A stretch of 64,000 nt of DNA from Paraspadella gotoi. Lineage: Eukaryota; Animalia; Chaetognatha. Position numbers and translations under genes: made by a program. The notes below the pieces were generated by a model. It saw only the letters and a list, made by a program, of their open reading frames with translations. It did not search any database and was not told the DNA's origin. Positions 48,101 to 62,987 of the stretch are shown here, piece by piece. Each line of letters starts with the position of its first letter. Within the stretch, counting starts at the first letter, position 1. The stretch lies in the NCBI GenBank assembly GCA_051294375.1, contig CM119264.1, positions 27,291,340-27,355,339 on the forward strand, given 5' to 3'.

Positions 48101-50142
48101 AATTAGTGTTGTGAAATTATGAAAAAGTAATTTTGTTCAAAAGTGAAGTCGACCATGGATGGCATTAGGGTTACGATAACCGTTAACAGTTAACGGTTAT
48201 TAACGGTTAAAAATAATTTTAACCTAACCGTTAATATATTTATTTTAATTTATTATTTATTTTTATATTTATTTTAACGGTTAAATTCGGTTATTTTTTG
48301 GTATAAAATCTTTGATTTTTTAAAAGAAAAATATTTTTTTCTTGTCCTCTCTTATTCTCCCCTCCTTTTCTCACCATATTTTTTCACCTCTCTCTCTTTT
48401 CCATTTTTTTTCTTCCCTTCCAGTGTTTTTTCTTTTTCTTATTTATTTTCTCCCAATTTTTAAAGTTTTTCCTTACAATTAATTTTATGCATTTATATTA
48501 AAGAATATATTGAAATATAATATATATGCACATGCAAATAGTTAATAATAATAATAATATATCCTATTTTGTTATTTTTTGTTTCACTCTTTAAAACAAA
48601 CAAAGAAGCAAATGAAATAAAACTAAAATGAATGAAAAAATTATTAAAAACAAATAAAATAAATGTAATAAAAAAAATTAATAATAAAAGGAACTAATCT
48701 TAAAATGGCTAACTAAAACTATCCTTCAATCATGATATATTTTTTAATAAAACTGAAAAAATATTTAATAATCAATAAATCTTTGGATCAATCGATCAAT
48801 CAAACATTCAATCAAAAAATTAATATTCATAATTTATATTTATGGTTATGGCTTATGAAAAAATAAAAACAGAAAACAAGCGTTCAAGAAACTAATAACT
48901 AGAAAAATAATGAAGACATATAATGTAAGAAAAACAGAGAGACAAAGAAAAAACAAAGCATAGAATTAGAATTACATTGTGGTTTTTCTTTCTTTGTCCT
49001 TTTATATATTTTTATTATGCTATGAGGCAAAAGAAAAAGTTTTGTAAGTAAGATTATCACGATGCATTATCTGATTAGCTAAATTATCATAGGTAGATTC
49101 AAACTAATTTTTAATTTACTAACTAAAATGTGTACCTATCTATCTGAAATAAAAGATAAAACAGATTCAGGTGCAAGAGTTAAAGATAAAATACCATTAA
49201 ATACTTTAGTTTGATTTAAATAATAATATTTTAAAGTTAAATTATAAAATTAACCGATTTTAACGGTTAACCGTTAAAAATATTAGTTTTAACGGTTAAG
49301 CGAAATTTCTCAAAAATTAACGGTTATCGGAACCCTAGATGGCATGGATCCCATGGGAATAAGTGGAGGGAATATCACAAAGGATAACGGATGATTTTTG
49401 ATGTACTGACCGGTACATCTTAGCCAGAGTGCTCCAATAGTTTACAAAATAGTCCCTGGCTTTAGCCGGTTCGGCGTTGTGGTACAGTTGTTGGAAGTGA
49501 TAAGAAACATCTTCGGCCAAGTATCGCAGGGGCCAAGGATTCAGCGGTCTTTTAAGTGGCGAAGGAAACTTTGCCTTGTGACTGAGTGAAATATTAATAA
49601 CTTTTTTTATTTGTTAATTAATAAATACGCTTTTGTACTAATATTGGGCCTTACTCCATCTTAGCGAGCAACCAATGAGGGATAGCGTCGTAAGAGTCAA
49701 ATTCGCTGGAGAGGCCGTCCTGATGAAAGTCGAGTATTGAAAGAATGCCTCTCTTCCCTAAACCGGCGAGGATGCGATCTTGAATCTTCGCGTACGTTTG
49801 ATTCCATCGCCCCTCCGAAGGTTCGTATCCGGACCTTGAAAGATCCAAGTAATATTTCTCAAAGTTCAGACCTTAGCGTATTTCATGTAATTGATACAAC
49901 CCACCACATCGCGCCCAATCGCATGGCGGTGAATCCAGACTCCTTTAAGAAATCGAGGTGCTTCTCGTCGAGCAACTCCGCGATGTACCATGGCTTCTCC
50001 TTTCGGATGGCGTTGAGGCCGCGAAAGATTCGCGTTCTTCCGGCGCCGTCGATGAACCAACCGTCTTCATTAACTCGAATTTTCGACGCCGACAGTGACG
50101 CCGATGCAGCCAGCGCCGCCAAAATAGTCAATCGGAGGAACT
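45185..50142 (-). CDS. Endoglycoceramidase-like glycoside hydrolase family 5; start codon not located
   Basis: Signal-peptide-like TILAALAASAS, FIDGAGRTRIFRGLN, ILDFHQD, acid/base VLGYELINEPFAG, YHYYC, nucleophile FLTEF, RPYPRATAG, APTEVFVP. Confidence 0.9.
46125..46164 (-). ncRNA. Minimal type I hammerhead ribozyme (PLE-type), third subfamily
   Basis: Minus strand: gct CTGATGA a ggctt acattg aagcc GAAA catGTC^ agt; adjacent 46216-46274 (GA run, TTTCCAACAAAGAATTGAGA) matches the other hammerhead elements. Confidence 0.82.
47590..48086. mobile_element. Helentron/DINE-like non-autonomous repeat (inverted partial copy at ~23033-23285)
   Basis: (GACG/GACA)n microsatellite, internal ~140-bp duplication, terminal hairpin AGTCGGGATCTGCT-AAA-AGCAGATCCGACT; classification is inferred. 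Confidence 0.5.
48166..49337. mobile_element. Non-autonomous hAT-type transposon
   Basis: TIRs TAGGGTTACGATAACCGTTAA / TTAACGGTTATCGGAACCCTA, subterminal AACCG/CGGTT repeats, 8-bp TSD GATGGCAT (48158-48165, 49338-49345). Confidence 0.92.
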
Positions 50143-51461
50143 GAAGCGGGTTGAGGTTGTGGCATTGAATCGTTAAGAAAAATCAAATGAAAAGCGTTTC
50201 TTCCGTAACTGACAAAACCCATCCATTCCATGAATGACGAGTCTGTACAACATCTGTAACTTTAGATTTTAGCACGAGGTAGCGAATGTGCCTTTTGAAG
50301 AGCTTTTACAATAATAGGATAGGGCTGGTGATCTTTGACAATGAATTTTTCGCGGGCACCTTACTAATATATGCATTTCATTCACCTTGCCACTACTTCT
50401 TATAGAGACATTCTTACCATTTTACTGACTCTCACTCTATTTTTCGCGATTGGTACAAAACCTTTTTAACTTCAACATATTTGTTTGCTGTCTGTAGTGT
50501 TACAAGAATACATTAAATAAAACTCACCATTTTGAAGCACTCAAATATTTGAGAGTTTCTTTGTTGTTGTATTTCTTTTATTGAGTAATTAACATAATTT
50601 TTCTTTTCTTTCGTTGGCAGGAAACTAGTCTACCAGTTCCGCCTAAGACGAACCAGTTTGAAAGAATATTTTCGAGTTTTTTTTTATGCAAATTTCCCTG
50701 ATTTTACGGACGGATTTCATTTAAAATAGTCCATAAATCTTATCACAGAAGCTAAGGATTTTTTTCCTTCCAATCAAGGGAAGGACTTGAGTCACGCGAC
50801 CATGATGTCGCGCGGAGCAACGGGTTCGCCGCCCCCGCCGCCTCCGCCGCCTCCGATCCCCAGAACCCAGTCGCCCGCATCGCGACTCGCGACTCCCCGC
50901 TTTGCGCTTTTGTTTATTTCTTGTTTCTCATTTCCGCCGACGATGACAGCGAAAGCGCCCTCCTTTTCCTCTTTATCTCGTCTCCTGGGAGGCGCTTTGA
51001 ATTATCAAAGGCTTTGAAGGATTTTCGGGATGTCGGTGAAAGGCTCTGCCGACGTTTCCGGCAAAGGTCGAGTATCTTGGAAGTCTCGAGAGATGGCGGG
51101 AGCGGAGAGGGTTGTGTCTCTCCTAAAATCGACTGCTTTTTCGTCGTCTGAAGCATGTCTACTGTCCAGCCGATAACTGGGGATGATGTGTGGACGCGCA
51201 ATTTCGTCATTTCTATATTGTTAATGCCATAAAAGCTCATCTCTTGAGTTTTTACACTTATTTAACTAACGGATCACGCGTTTCCACATTTATAATCTTG
51301 TATGTTCTCAACTGATCTTTAATATTGTTCGGTTTCGCTTATTACAGTGAACTCTATCCCCGGGGGAATTGTTACATTCAATTTATACAATTTAGAGTTG
51401 ACGACGAAGCTTGAGGCGCTCCCGATGTCCAGGTCTCGTTCGCCGGGGAGCCACGCCCACG

Positions 51462-54400
51462 ATGGACTTTTCCGACGACGACGACGTCATCGCCGACATC
51501 GACTTCGACGCCATCGAACGCCGGAACGACGAAGCGGCGTTGGAAGGGAGCGCCGCCAAGAGGAGGCGGGTCGACGATGCCGATCTTTCGACGACGTCAT
51601 GGAATCCGACTCTCGACGAGAATGCATCGCCTCCCGCGCAAGATACCAACCAAAGACGATCACCTCAGACAGTAGAGGCCAATCACAAGTGTCTCACCCG
51701 GTCTCTCTCACCATCTCTGCCACACTCTATGATTATCTCACGATGTTCTTCCCTTCCCAACTATTCCCTCCCCTCGGACCTTTTTCCCCTCCATCGCCTC
51801 GACCCCCAGCCCCCCTTGGAGTCGGACAGCGAAGCGGCGCTATTCGGACTCCTCATTTCCTCCGCGACGGCGTTGACGGAACATCGGCTCCGTTTCTTCG
51901 CTCGTTTCTTCCTCTGGCTCCCGTCGTTGTTCCGTGCGCCTGGAATCGCCGATGACGCCGTCGAGAATCCCCATCGAAGGTCCAAGTCGCCGTGGGACCC
52001 AAGGATGAGAACGTTGTCAGAGCGCGCCGGTGTCGTTCTGGAAGGCCTCGACTTTGTGTCGGCGTCTTTGCGAAGACTCTTGACGGAAGATGGCGCCACC
52101 CACTCTGCCACCGACGCCGCTTCTAACGATTGGTCGGAATCCGCCGTCCGCGATCTCCTCAATTTTAGCCGACGACTTCTGCTGACGATGCGATTAAGAG
52201 TCCGACCATTCCTCGGCCGAGACGACAGCAGGTTAGGTGGGTAGTCGGAAGTGAAGAGGCGATTCCTTTGGAGTCCTCCGTCGAACCCTCCTTTGCTTTT
52301 TTACCTCCAGTCGCCCTTCGAGGACGGAGCATTCCATCTTCCTCCTCCATCTCCACTTCCTCATCCTCTGGCGTCTCCTCGACATCGTCTCAATTCTTTC
52401 AGCCAAATACCGACGCTTCGGCCCGGGATTCGATCTGCTCGATGAGAGGCACGAGTTGGCGCTCAGGTGACGAGATGTTTATTTATTCATGTGTCATTCA
52501 TTTGTTATTAAATATCTGACGGCCTCATTCCAGGGATCAATACCTCTATGTTCTGATCGCGGATTCCCTTTTCCTCGTCGGGGAAACGAGCTCTTCATCC
52601 TCTTCCTCCTCTTGGCCATGTTCCTGCTTTGCGAGCCTTTGGCGAAGCCTTTCCCTCTCCTCCTCCTCTTTGTCGGATTCATCGCTCGGTCTCCGCTCAT
52701 CGACGTCTCTCCTCTCGAAATTCATCGACGCCGTCGTTCGCGACAACAACAACAACAACGACGACGATTTAACCGTCGAGTCAGTCAACCGAGTCTCCGA
52801 CGTCGAATCCGGGCGCCGCCTATCGTCCGCCCAGCGTCTCGTTCTTGCCTGGACGGCGTGGATTCGCGTCGCGGAGTGGAGGACGGAAGCTTCGCCGGGC
52901 GACCCTGACGCCCAGTGCGCCGCCGTCGATCTTATTCGACGAATTCTGAACGAGTCGCCGACCGCCGTCGACTTGGTCGAGCTGCTCGAGTCCGTCCTCC
53001 GACTCGGTCGCCAATGGGGCGAGACTTTTGAGACGCTCTCCGTCCTCTGGGAATTCTTCCATCGCGAGTTCAATTCCGACTTTGGCGGAGGCGACGTCGC
53101 CGCCGACTTTATCGGCGTCGCTCGCGGGATGACGAAGCCGGACTCGCCCTTGGAAGCGCTAGAAAGGGTGCGCCGTGCCTTGCAAATGCAAACGGAAGTT
53201 GTGGGCGCGGTCGACGAAATCCAAGTAGTCGGCGTTCGTCGGCGCAACCCGTTCCTGCTCTTTCTGCGTCTACTTGGCGCGACTCTGGAATCGACAAGGC
53301 AGATGGCGGGAGAAACGGTAGCGCAGAAAAAATGGAAGTCGTTCAAGGTGAGACTGCGGTAAAGGAACCTCGTCGCGTAAATATTTATCTTTTTGGTTGT
53401 GTGTATAAGTGAAAAGTCATATAATAAGAAAATTACTCCGAAAATAATAACCTGGTATGGTTGGTAAATAGGAAGGCTATACAAAAGAACAACTTAATTT
53501 TTGGTGCATTCTCTTTTCTCAGGGAAAAATCTACACCAAGTTTCACCCTCGTCGCGTGAAAGAGTTGAACTTGGCGGGATTCGAAAACCTCGTCGATCTC
53601 TTCGTCGCTCTCATCGTCGTCGACGGTGGGGACGGCGCCGAGTACGCCAAGCGCTTCGTGGAGACGGTCAAACCGGTCGTTGATTCGTTGGACGCGGAGA
53701 AGATGGAGATCGTTGTTCGTGGACAGGTTGGTTTAAAGTCGGTTTAAGATTTTCTTTAACTGGTTTTTTTGTAAACTTAATTATTCTTCTTAAATTTAGA
53801 TGGCGTTGCTTCTCTGGCGACGCCCTGACGTTTTTTATGCTACCTCTCCTTCTTCCCTCGCTTGGAAACAAGAGCTCGTCGCTTCACTTTCAACGACGAT
53901 GGACAACCGTTGTCGCGAATACGCCTGCGGCTTTAACCGCTCATCCCCCTCCAACGCCAAACTCACCAACTCGTTCGATGCAAAAAAGCGTTCCGCCTGG
54001 CGGACAATTCGAAACTTCTGCCGATGGACTGGAGAATCATTGGGTGAGAGGTCGCTGGAGGGTCACGTGGCTCGTCGTTTACTTTGTCCCGCCCTGCTTC
54101 GTCTCCTCGGAGAAAAAGCGACTCCGCATGAAACTTCAACCGTTTTGGAGGCTTACTCCGCTGGCGTCGACAATCTCGTGGCCGAGTTAAAGGCTCAGGT
54201 GAATTAGGAGGGAGATTCCAACTAAGAAAAAATTGTTTTGTCTTTTATTAAAAACAATATTATGGTGCGACACCAACAAAAAACTAACCAAATCATGAAC
54301 AATTTATTGCATTGTGCCTCTGACTTTGAAACGATCAAATTTAATTCCATTATCCCAGGTAACCACGACTCGTCCTCCATCTGACCCCCTCTCCGACCTC

Positions 54401-56336
54401 GCATGGCGAGAACTCTGTCCCCGCCTCCTTAAATGGGCCGTGGCAGGCGTCTCGCCTGACTTGAGCGGGTCCACGTCTCGCCTTTCCATGAGCCTCGCCT
54501 GCTTGGCCCGAGTCTCTCCCCCTTCGTCCCCGGTCGTCGTCGCTGAGGCTGGAATTGAACTCAGAGTCCAAAACTCTAACGATCTCGTCCAATTCTTCGT
54601 CGGGGACAAGCGGACGAGCCTCTCCTTGGTAGCCGCCTTCTGGACGCGGCTCGAAGAAGTCGACGAGGGTTTGCTGGGGATCGAGTGCTCGGCGGGGAAG
54701 ATGAGGGATGCTTTGATGTCTGCTTGGTAAGGTGGATGTGAGAAGTGTCTATTGAATGGAAATAATCCTCACCTTTCACCTCCCCGAATAAAAGGTTTCG
54801 CTTCGCCGTGGTGACGCCGCCTCTCTCTCCCTCCTCCTCCGACCTCAAACGTCTGACCCGCATACTCTTCGCCCGCCACGAGTTGGTCCGCCTCATCTGC
54901 AGCGACTCCGCCTCAAACCTGGAATTCTTCACCGCCTCCTCATTCCTCGCCGCCGTCGGAGGCTCTTTTCACCCCGAGGCCGCGTCGGTCCTCGTTTCTT
55001 TGGCTAGGGAGTTTGTTCAGTGGACCGTGACCTTGTTGAAGGGTGAGAGCTTGGTTTTGCGTAATTTCAAATGCTCCAAAAACGGATTTGTTATATAATT
55101 GCATCATCTCTCAGGTCACGATCCCTCGACCATCTCCCTCGTCTACAAAGCCGCTCACCTCTTTCTCGTCCACTGCGGCGCGGCCCTCTTCAATCAGTCC
55201 GACCCCCACTGCCTTTTCGTCGGCGTCGTCAACCGATTCCTTCTCCCCCGCTCCTTCCTCGCCGGCAACGCCCCTCTCCTCCTCCAGCCCGTCCGCGATC
55301 ATCTCCCCCTGTTCCTCTCCGCCATAGGGGCTCAGTTGGCACGGGCAGGAGGGGGTGCCAAGTTTCTCGAGAATAAGGTTCACGCGATGATGAAAGCATG
55401 AGCTTTGTGAATTCCATCCATTTTGATGCTTAAATTAAATGCTTGAATTTAGTTTTGGCTTGTCCAGAGCTGCCCAGGACGTGCCCTATTTTTTCACAGC
55501 TTTAATTAACATTTCGTCTTCCACAGGTCAAAGAGATCGTCTTTTGGCATCTCCATAAACTTCACGACGAAGCCAAAGGCATCGACGCGCATCCCCTGCT
55601 GACGGCGTTGTTCACGACAACAACGGCCCCTCGATCTTCCCTCGACAGAATCGAAGAGCTTATCGTTGCCCACATCTCGAAAACGTGGTTTTCGAAGAAC
55701 AATTCCGATCTCTTCGAAAGGTTGGCTCCGCCCGTATCTCCTCTGCTCCCTCTTTCCTTCTTCCTTCGTTTACTCCGGCGACACCGCGCCGCCGTCGTGG
55801 ATCCCCCCACTCCCACCGGCGCCGCTTCAGTCCGCCGTTTCGTACGAGTCTCGCTAGGGGCGTTGCCGGGTCTCCTCGACGCGCACTTTCAGCGTCTCAC
55901 GTCGGCGGAAGAAGCTCTCGTGGGAGAAGCGATCGAAACGATCGTGCGGGCGACGAGAGACTCCGGGTTTTGTCGTGCGGTGGATCGCGATGTGAGTGAG
56001 TTGAGGCGAGGTCATCTTTTCTATAACTTATTCCGTCTCCCCTTAATCTATATGCAGATCTTCGCCGCCGACGTGGCATCTATCCTCACCGCCTTCGTCT
56101 CCGGCCCCAAATTCGGCAACAGCAACCACGCCGCCTTGCGGGCTTTGGAAAGAGTCACTGGCGCCGGTCCGGAACTGGGCGGCGCTGTAGTGGCGTGCGT
56201 GGCCCGGCGCGTCGAGGCGGTGGAGCGAGCGCGCGGCGTCGGGCTCGATCCCGCGATGCGACGACGGGTGGCGGCGTGGGCGGAGAAATTGGGCGCGGCT
56301 GGTCGGGAGGAGGCAAAGAGATTGAGGACGTTTTAG
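51462..56336 (+). CDS. MMS22L: Protein MMS22-like (multi-exon; start approximate)
   Basis: KWKSFK|GKIYTKFHPRRVKELNLAGFENLVDLFVAL resembles the conserved MMS22L block; also LYHLHFLILWRLL and VYKAAHLFLVHCGAALF..CLFVGVVNRFLLP. Confidence 0.85.
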
Positions 56337-56559
56337 TGAGATTTCCACGAAGAGTCGTTTTTACGGTTTCGCGTTCCGGGAAACTCTTACCTCTAAATTC
56401 TCTTACACTTTCGTGCCCTTATATTTTGTTACCGTTTATTATTTTTTCGAGACTTATCGCTCACTTTTTAACGTTAAACTCGATATGTGACAGTTTTATA
56501 ATTTCATATATCGTTCACTACTTTACAACCTCAACAGCTTTTTCCTAATTTTAATAATA

Positions 56560-59500
56560 ATGGCTGCCTTGAGAGGATTTTTGCACATCCCGAGGACAGT
56601 GATTCGTGAGGCCAAGTCGTCGTCTTCGTCTTCGTCGTTAGGATTCGGTTGCGGCAGAGCAGAAAGTTCGGAAAGGTTCGCCGTCGCAAGCGCCCCAACA
56701 GCCCAGGCCTCTCGCGAGCACCATGCCGATTCCAAGTACGTAGTCGGTCGCTTATATCGTAGATAATGAAGCGATAAAATGTTAATTATTTTTATCTTTA
56801 TGCAGAACCCACCCCCTCCTTGCCGCGTCCGCCCGCCCCACCCCCTTGTCCGTTCACGCTCCATATCGGCTCACCCTCGTCCGCGGCGTAACCACCCAAC
56901 CCCCCGAGAAGCCCAAGTCCTTCATGGAAGGCGTTTTCTACGACATCCGGGAGGGGTTTCGGAAAGACAAAGAGATGAAAGAGAATTTGAAAAAGTTTCG
57001 GGACGAGGCCAAGAAACTGGAGGAGAGTGAATCGCTCCAACAGGTCTGAATATCAGCCAAATCGCAATTCTGGTTTATTGGTATAAAATTTTTTGAATCA
57101 AATCTGTCAAATCAAATTCCCTCAACTTGCATTTTAGAATGGGGGGGGGGGTTTCGATAAGAATCATAATTCCATCCAGAATTACAGATTTCTTATTCGA
57201 AAATTCTTAACGAAAGTAGTTTTTAAAATTTGGAAAATAAAACAGACGTTTCATCACTACGTTTAACTTTAATTTCAGGCCCGAGACAAATTCTCCAAAG
57301 TGCTCGACACTAAAGATTCCGCCCTCAAGGAAAAACTGGACGAGATCAAGGAGAGCGAATTTGTTAAAAAGACGTCCAAGTCGGCAGAAGAACTGAGCGC
57401 CAAGACGACAGAAACCGTCGCGGAGACGGTGAGGCAAACGCAGACTAGAATATGAAATAGTAGAATATGAAAAATTGCAAGATTACTTGTTTTACTAAAT
57501 TAGACTTTAAAATTTTATATTAAAATTATTAAAATTTTTTAATAAATGAAAGAATTTAATAAATTTCACTATATATTAGATTTAATTATATTTTTTATAT
57601 AGAGTATATCCTTTTATAATGAGGGATGTTAGTGTTGTCTTCTGGAAATAGACGGAACAACACAAAGTTAAAAGTTACTTTCTGCCCAATTTTTCTAATT
57701 AGATATTAGACATCATTCTTGTTAAGAAGTCATTTATTGAAAATTTCAAAATATCTAAGTCTGAACAGAAAGGGGTGAAGAGGATTATATGTTACGGGAT
57801 TAAGGTTATTTATGATTCGTTATTGTTGAGGGTTAAGACTACAAAGTAGAATTGTATGTTCTGATAGGGATACATACCGGGGAAAGCTTTTTTAAAAAAG
57901 GGGCGTCCTTATATATTAGATGTAAATTTAATAATCTTATTTGTTATACTTATATTTTAAATAGAATACATTTATTATTTATTTTTTAATATGCTCAGTC
58001 TTACGACCTTTGCTTTCGACGTTGCAATGAATAAATTAATCGACGAGAGTTTTTCCACATTAGTTTTTCACGATACAACTTACCCTCCGTAGGTGAAGAA
58101 CATCTCCGAGTCTACGACCTTCAAGAAAGTCTCAGAGGGCGTCAAGGTCGCGAAAGAAGCCGTCCAGGAAGAATTGAACGACAGCGACCTCTACAACCGG
58201 GGACGAGTCTATCAGGCGCCAATCAAACTGGAGAAGCGCTCCGACAGGCTGCTGCACTCGGCGGCGGCGGTGAGAGAGCCTTTCGTTCTCAACGGCGATC
58301 AACTCTAGCTTCAACTAAGAGCCCTGTTCCCTTCAGGAGAAAACCTTCGAGGCCAACGAGAGCGCGACGGACATGGTGATGCACAAAGACTCGAAATTTG
58401 CTCAGTCGTGGGCGCAGTTCAAGGAGAACAACCAGTACGTCAACAAAATGTTCGAGTTCAAGATGAAGTTCGACGAGTCCGACCACCTCGCCGTCAGGTT
58501 GTAGACGCAGTACCGCCCCATCCGTTTTAGTCAATTTTAAAAATGGGAAATATTTACAAACGAACATCTCTTACGCTCAGAATGTCTCGCGCCGTGACAG
58601 AAAAGATGAGTTCCTTATTCGGCGGACTTTTCTCCAAAACGGAAATGTCCGAAGTCTTGACGGAAATCTGCAAAATGGACCCGGGCTTCGATCCCATCGC
58701 TTTCACCAAGCAATGCCGAGTCGATATCATCCCCAACATTCTGGAAGCCATCATCAGAGGTCAGACACAATGATAGTCTGATGTTGAGGTGTGGATGGAG
58801 TCGACGTCTTCTTCCTGATACCTTTAATTCAATAAAATATTCTTCGGTTCTTGAAATATCTCATTCCGAAACCGACGAAGTTTTTAATTTCAATTTCAAA
58901 TAAGTTTCGGTGATGGAACCCTCGACGTCGCTCTCCATCGCCTCATTTCCCAGAAAAAAGTCTCTTTGTAAGTTTTATTATCTTAAATCTGATTAAAGTT
59001 GTAAATCACTTAAATTACTTACTCCCGAAAATTGTACAATTTTTTTTTTCCCGGTGACTTTACTTCTCTCCTATTAGGATTTTTTTTTTCTTTCTCTATT
59101 ATAAGCATTTTCCCATTACTTTTTATAGAAATTTGCTCCTCTGTCTGCACCCATTAGATCTTCACTTGCATTGCTTTACACAAAATAGCAAATTTTTGTA
59201 TGTTTTAGTCTTACTCTTAATAAACCAGATAGCTGTACAAACAAAGGAACATTTTTAAAAACAAAATAGGAATAAAATTTAGTTTAAGTACATCCACTAG
59301 AGGTTTAATATTTTTTTCTGAAACAAAAAAAGTCCCATTAAAATTTTATAGTATTTTTACCATATTCTATTAGTGGGCTTTACGAAAAAGGAAGCTTTTT
59401 ATAAGATAAAATAATATTTAAAATAAATTTCAGTTGCACCTATTAGATCTTTACTTGCACCTGCTCTTTAATAAAATAGAAATTATTTTTATAAATTTTG

Positions 59501-60272
59501 TTTATCTTAAATCTTTTAAAAATTATTTTATTGATATTTTTTAACAAGTATTTTTTTTTATTCTATTTTATTTTTTTCTATTTCTTATTCTATGTTTTGA
59601 TAAAAGCATTTTAATCATATATTGTAACATTATCATACTTCGAAACAAAAATAATATTGTTTTGATTTATAAAATGATATTAGTGCCACAATTACAGTTC
59701 AGTTTAAGTCCTTGAAAGTGATTTACATGTATTGGCGCAGCCACTGGTTATTATTGTTTTTGTATAACTATAAGTTGAATGTGAATGAAAATGAAAAGAA
59801 AGTAGCACCTCGTTAAATTCTTAAATCTAAATTGGCAGGAAATCTGGAGATCCTCGAAGACTGGTGCCACGAGGCGGCCTTCAACCAATTGGCCGTTCCC
59901 ATCCGATCGGCGCTGGAGCAAAAGCTTCACTTCGATTCTCGCGTCCTCGACATCAGCGACGTTGACATCGTCGCCGCCAAGATGATGGAGCAGGGACCCG
60001 TTCTCGTCATCTCCTTCAACGCCCAACAGATTATAGTGAGGGGGGGGAAGAAGTAATGCTTCACATCATTTTAAGACGGCACGATAATTTTTACCCTCCC
60101 GTTTTAAAAGGTGCTCCGCAACGCCAAATGCGACATCATAGAGGGCGATCCCGATAAGTTGCTGCGAGTGACGTACGTATGGGCCTTGTGTCGCGACCAG
60201 TCGGTGCTTGACTCGACGGCCTGTTGGCGACTCATCGATCTCAGCGCCTCTTCCGCCACCCAGTGGCTCTGA
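56560..60272 (+). CDS. TIMM44: Mitochondrial import inner membrane translocase subunit TIM44
   Basis: KDKEMKENLKKFRDEAKKLEESESLQQ, LFGGLFSKTEMSEVLTEICKMDPGFD, LEILEDWCHEA, KMMEQGPVLVISFNAQQ, YVWALCRDQ..WRLIDLSAS. Confidence 0.97.
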
Positions 60273-61034
60273 GACGGGTCGAGGGTTCGAAAGTGACGAC
60301 ATCCTCGGGTTGGGTGGTTTAATTCTGGGACGGCGACGAGGAACTTGATGGAGGGGGGGGGATAAACCTTCGTGAACCCGGATAATCGGAAAAAAACTTG
60401 TGAAACTGAAAAGTAGAACTGGAATCGACGAAAGCGACGACCTTCGTTTGTCACAAAACGACCAAACTAAAAACTCTCTCCAGAAATTGTTTTTTTAGTC
60501 ACTTATTATATACTATATGAAATATAAAATACTTATATAAAAATATCGAGCTTACCCTATTTTTTTCTTTATTTTGTTTCAGAATTTTGCGCAGCGGATT
60601 TTTTAGGTTTTTTTTTTTGGGTAATGCTGACCGAAGTCTAGCTCCGAATATGAAATAAACAAACAATAATGACAAAGGATCTCGCGTTTTTTTGCGTCTT
60701 TTCTCGTTTTCTCGTCCTAATGTGATCGAAATTGACAAAAGCAGCGAAGGGAGCAAGGAGGCGAACGCTGGTAAGTTCGAATAATACTTACATAATTGAC
60801 TATGACAAATGTAATTTTTGAATGTTATCTGAAAATAGAAAAAAAAACTTAGTTTTTCGTCAGGGAATTTTTATTTTCATCCACGAAATATTTTTTTCGG
60901 TTCAGAGATCGTAACAAATTATTGTAAAGTACAACTTTTGAAATAATAGGGCTTATTATTGAAATTATTCCCCTGGATCTGTGGAAAAGGATTGAGCGAA
61001 CAGAATTCGTTTGGCCAACTTTCCGGCGAGAGAG

Positions 61035-61044
61035 NNNNNNNNNN
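61035..61044. other. Assembly gap (10 N) within a (GA)n microsatellite
   Basis: Run of n flanked by gaga. Confidence 0.99.
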
Positions 61045-61864
61045 AGAGAGAGAGAGATCGCTTTCCTTCCCGCGCGTTTCCTCATCGACGCGGTCGCTCT
61101 CGTCGACAAGGAATTCGAGCGAAACCAAAAAGAAGACGACGAATTCGCATCAATAAGAAAACCCCCCCTCTTCCTTCCATAGATCCAAGAGTTAAAAAAT
61201 AGCTTCGGTGTCATGATTTACTCTATTAGGCTGACATATCAGACATTGTATCGAGCCGATCTGTAAATACTAATTACACTATGAAAAAAAGGTTAATTTT
61301 TATAATTTGCCAATATGCTACGATTTGGCGATTTCATTCGTTATTAAAAAGCAGCCAAAATTAGTTGTGATAAGAGGCGTATTAAGCTTATTTGATTGCA
61401 ATGTTTAAATACAAAAAAAGCTCAGATATAGGAATAAATCATGAACTATAAAGTCAATTTGGCGGTCAATACTACAAAAAAATTTATGATCACAATCGTT
61501 TTGGTTTTTTGGTCGCTTGAGTAGTAAAAAAAAGCTTGGTGTATAATTTATAAATCAATTTTGTATTTATATTGTAGAATATTAATGACTAATATTGTTG
61601 TTAAAAGCAATATTTATTACTGTTCAAGGAAGATTATTTATATTATTTATAACGGAACTCAGAATTGCAAATAGCCAGCTTGAGACTTAATTTGTCTTGC
61701 CTATCTAAAATTTAGTTGGACCGAAATTTTTGTTGTTTCGTGAATTTTTTTGCGAGTAAGATTCTAGTGAACCACTTTTGTGCTTTCTTCACGCCTGTGT
61801 CTGAAATTTAAAATTTGTAATATTTTTATATTTGTATTTTTTATAATACACATGAGGTGCGGCA

Positions 61865-62987
<1,123 letters not shown>

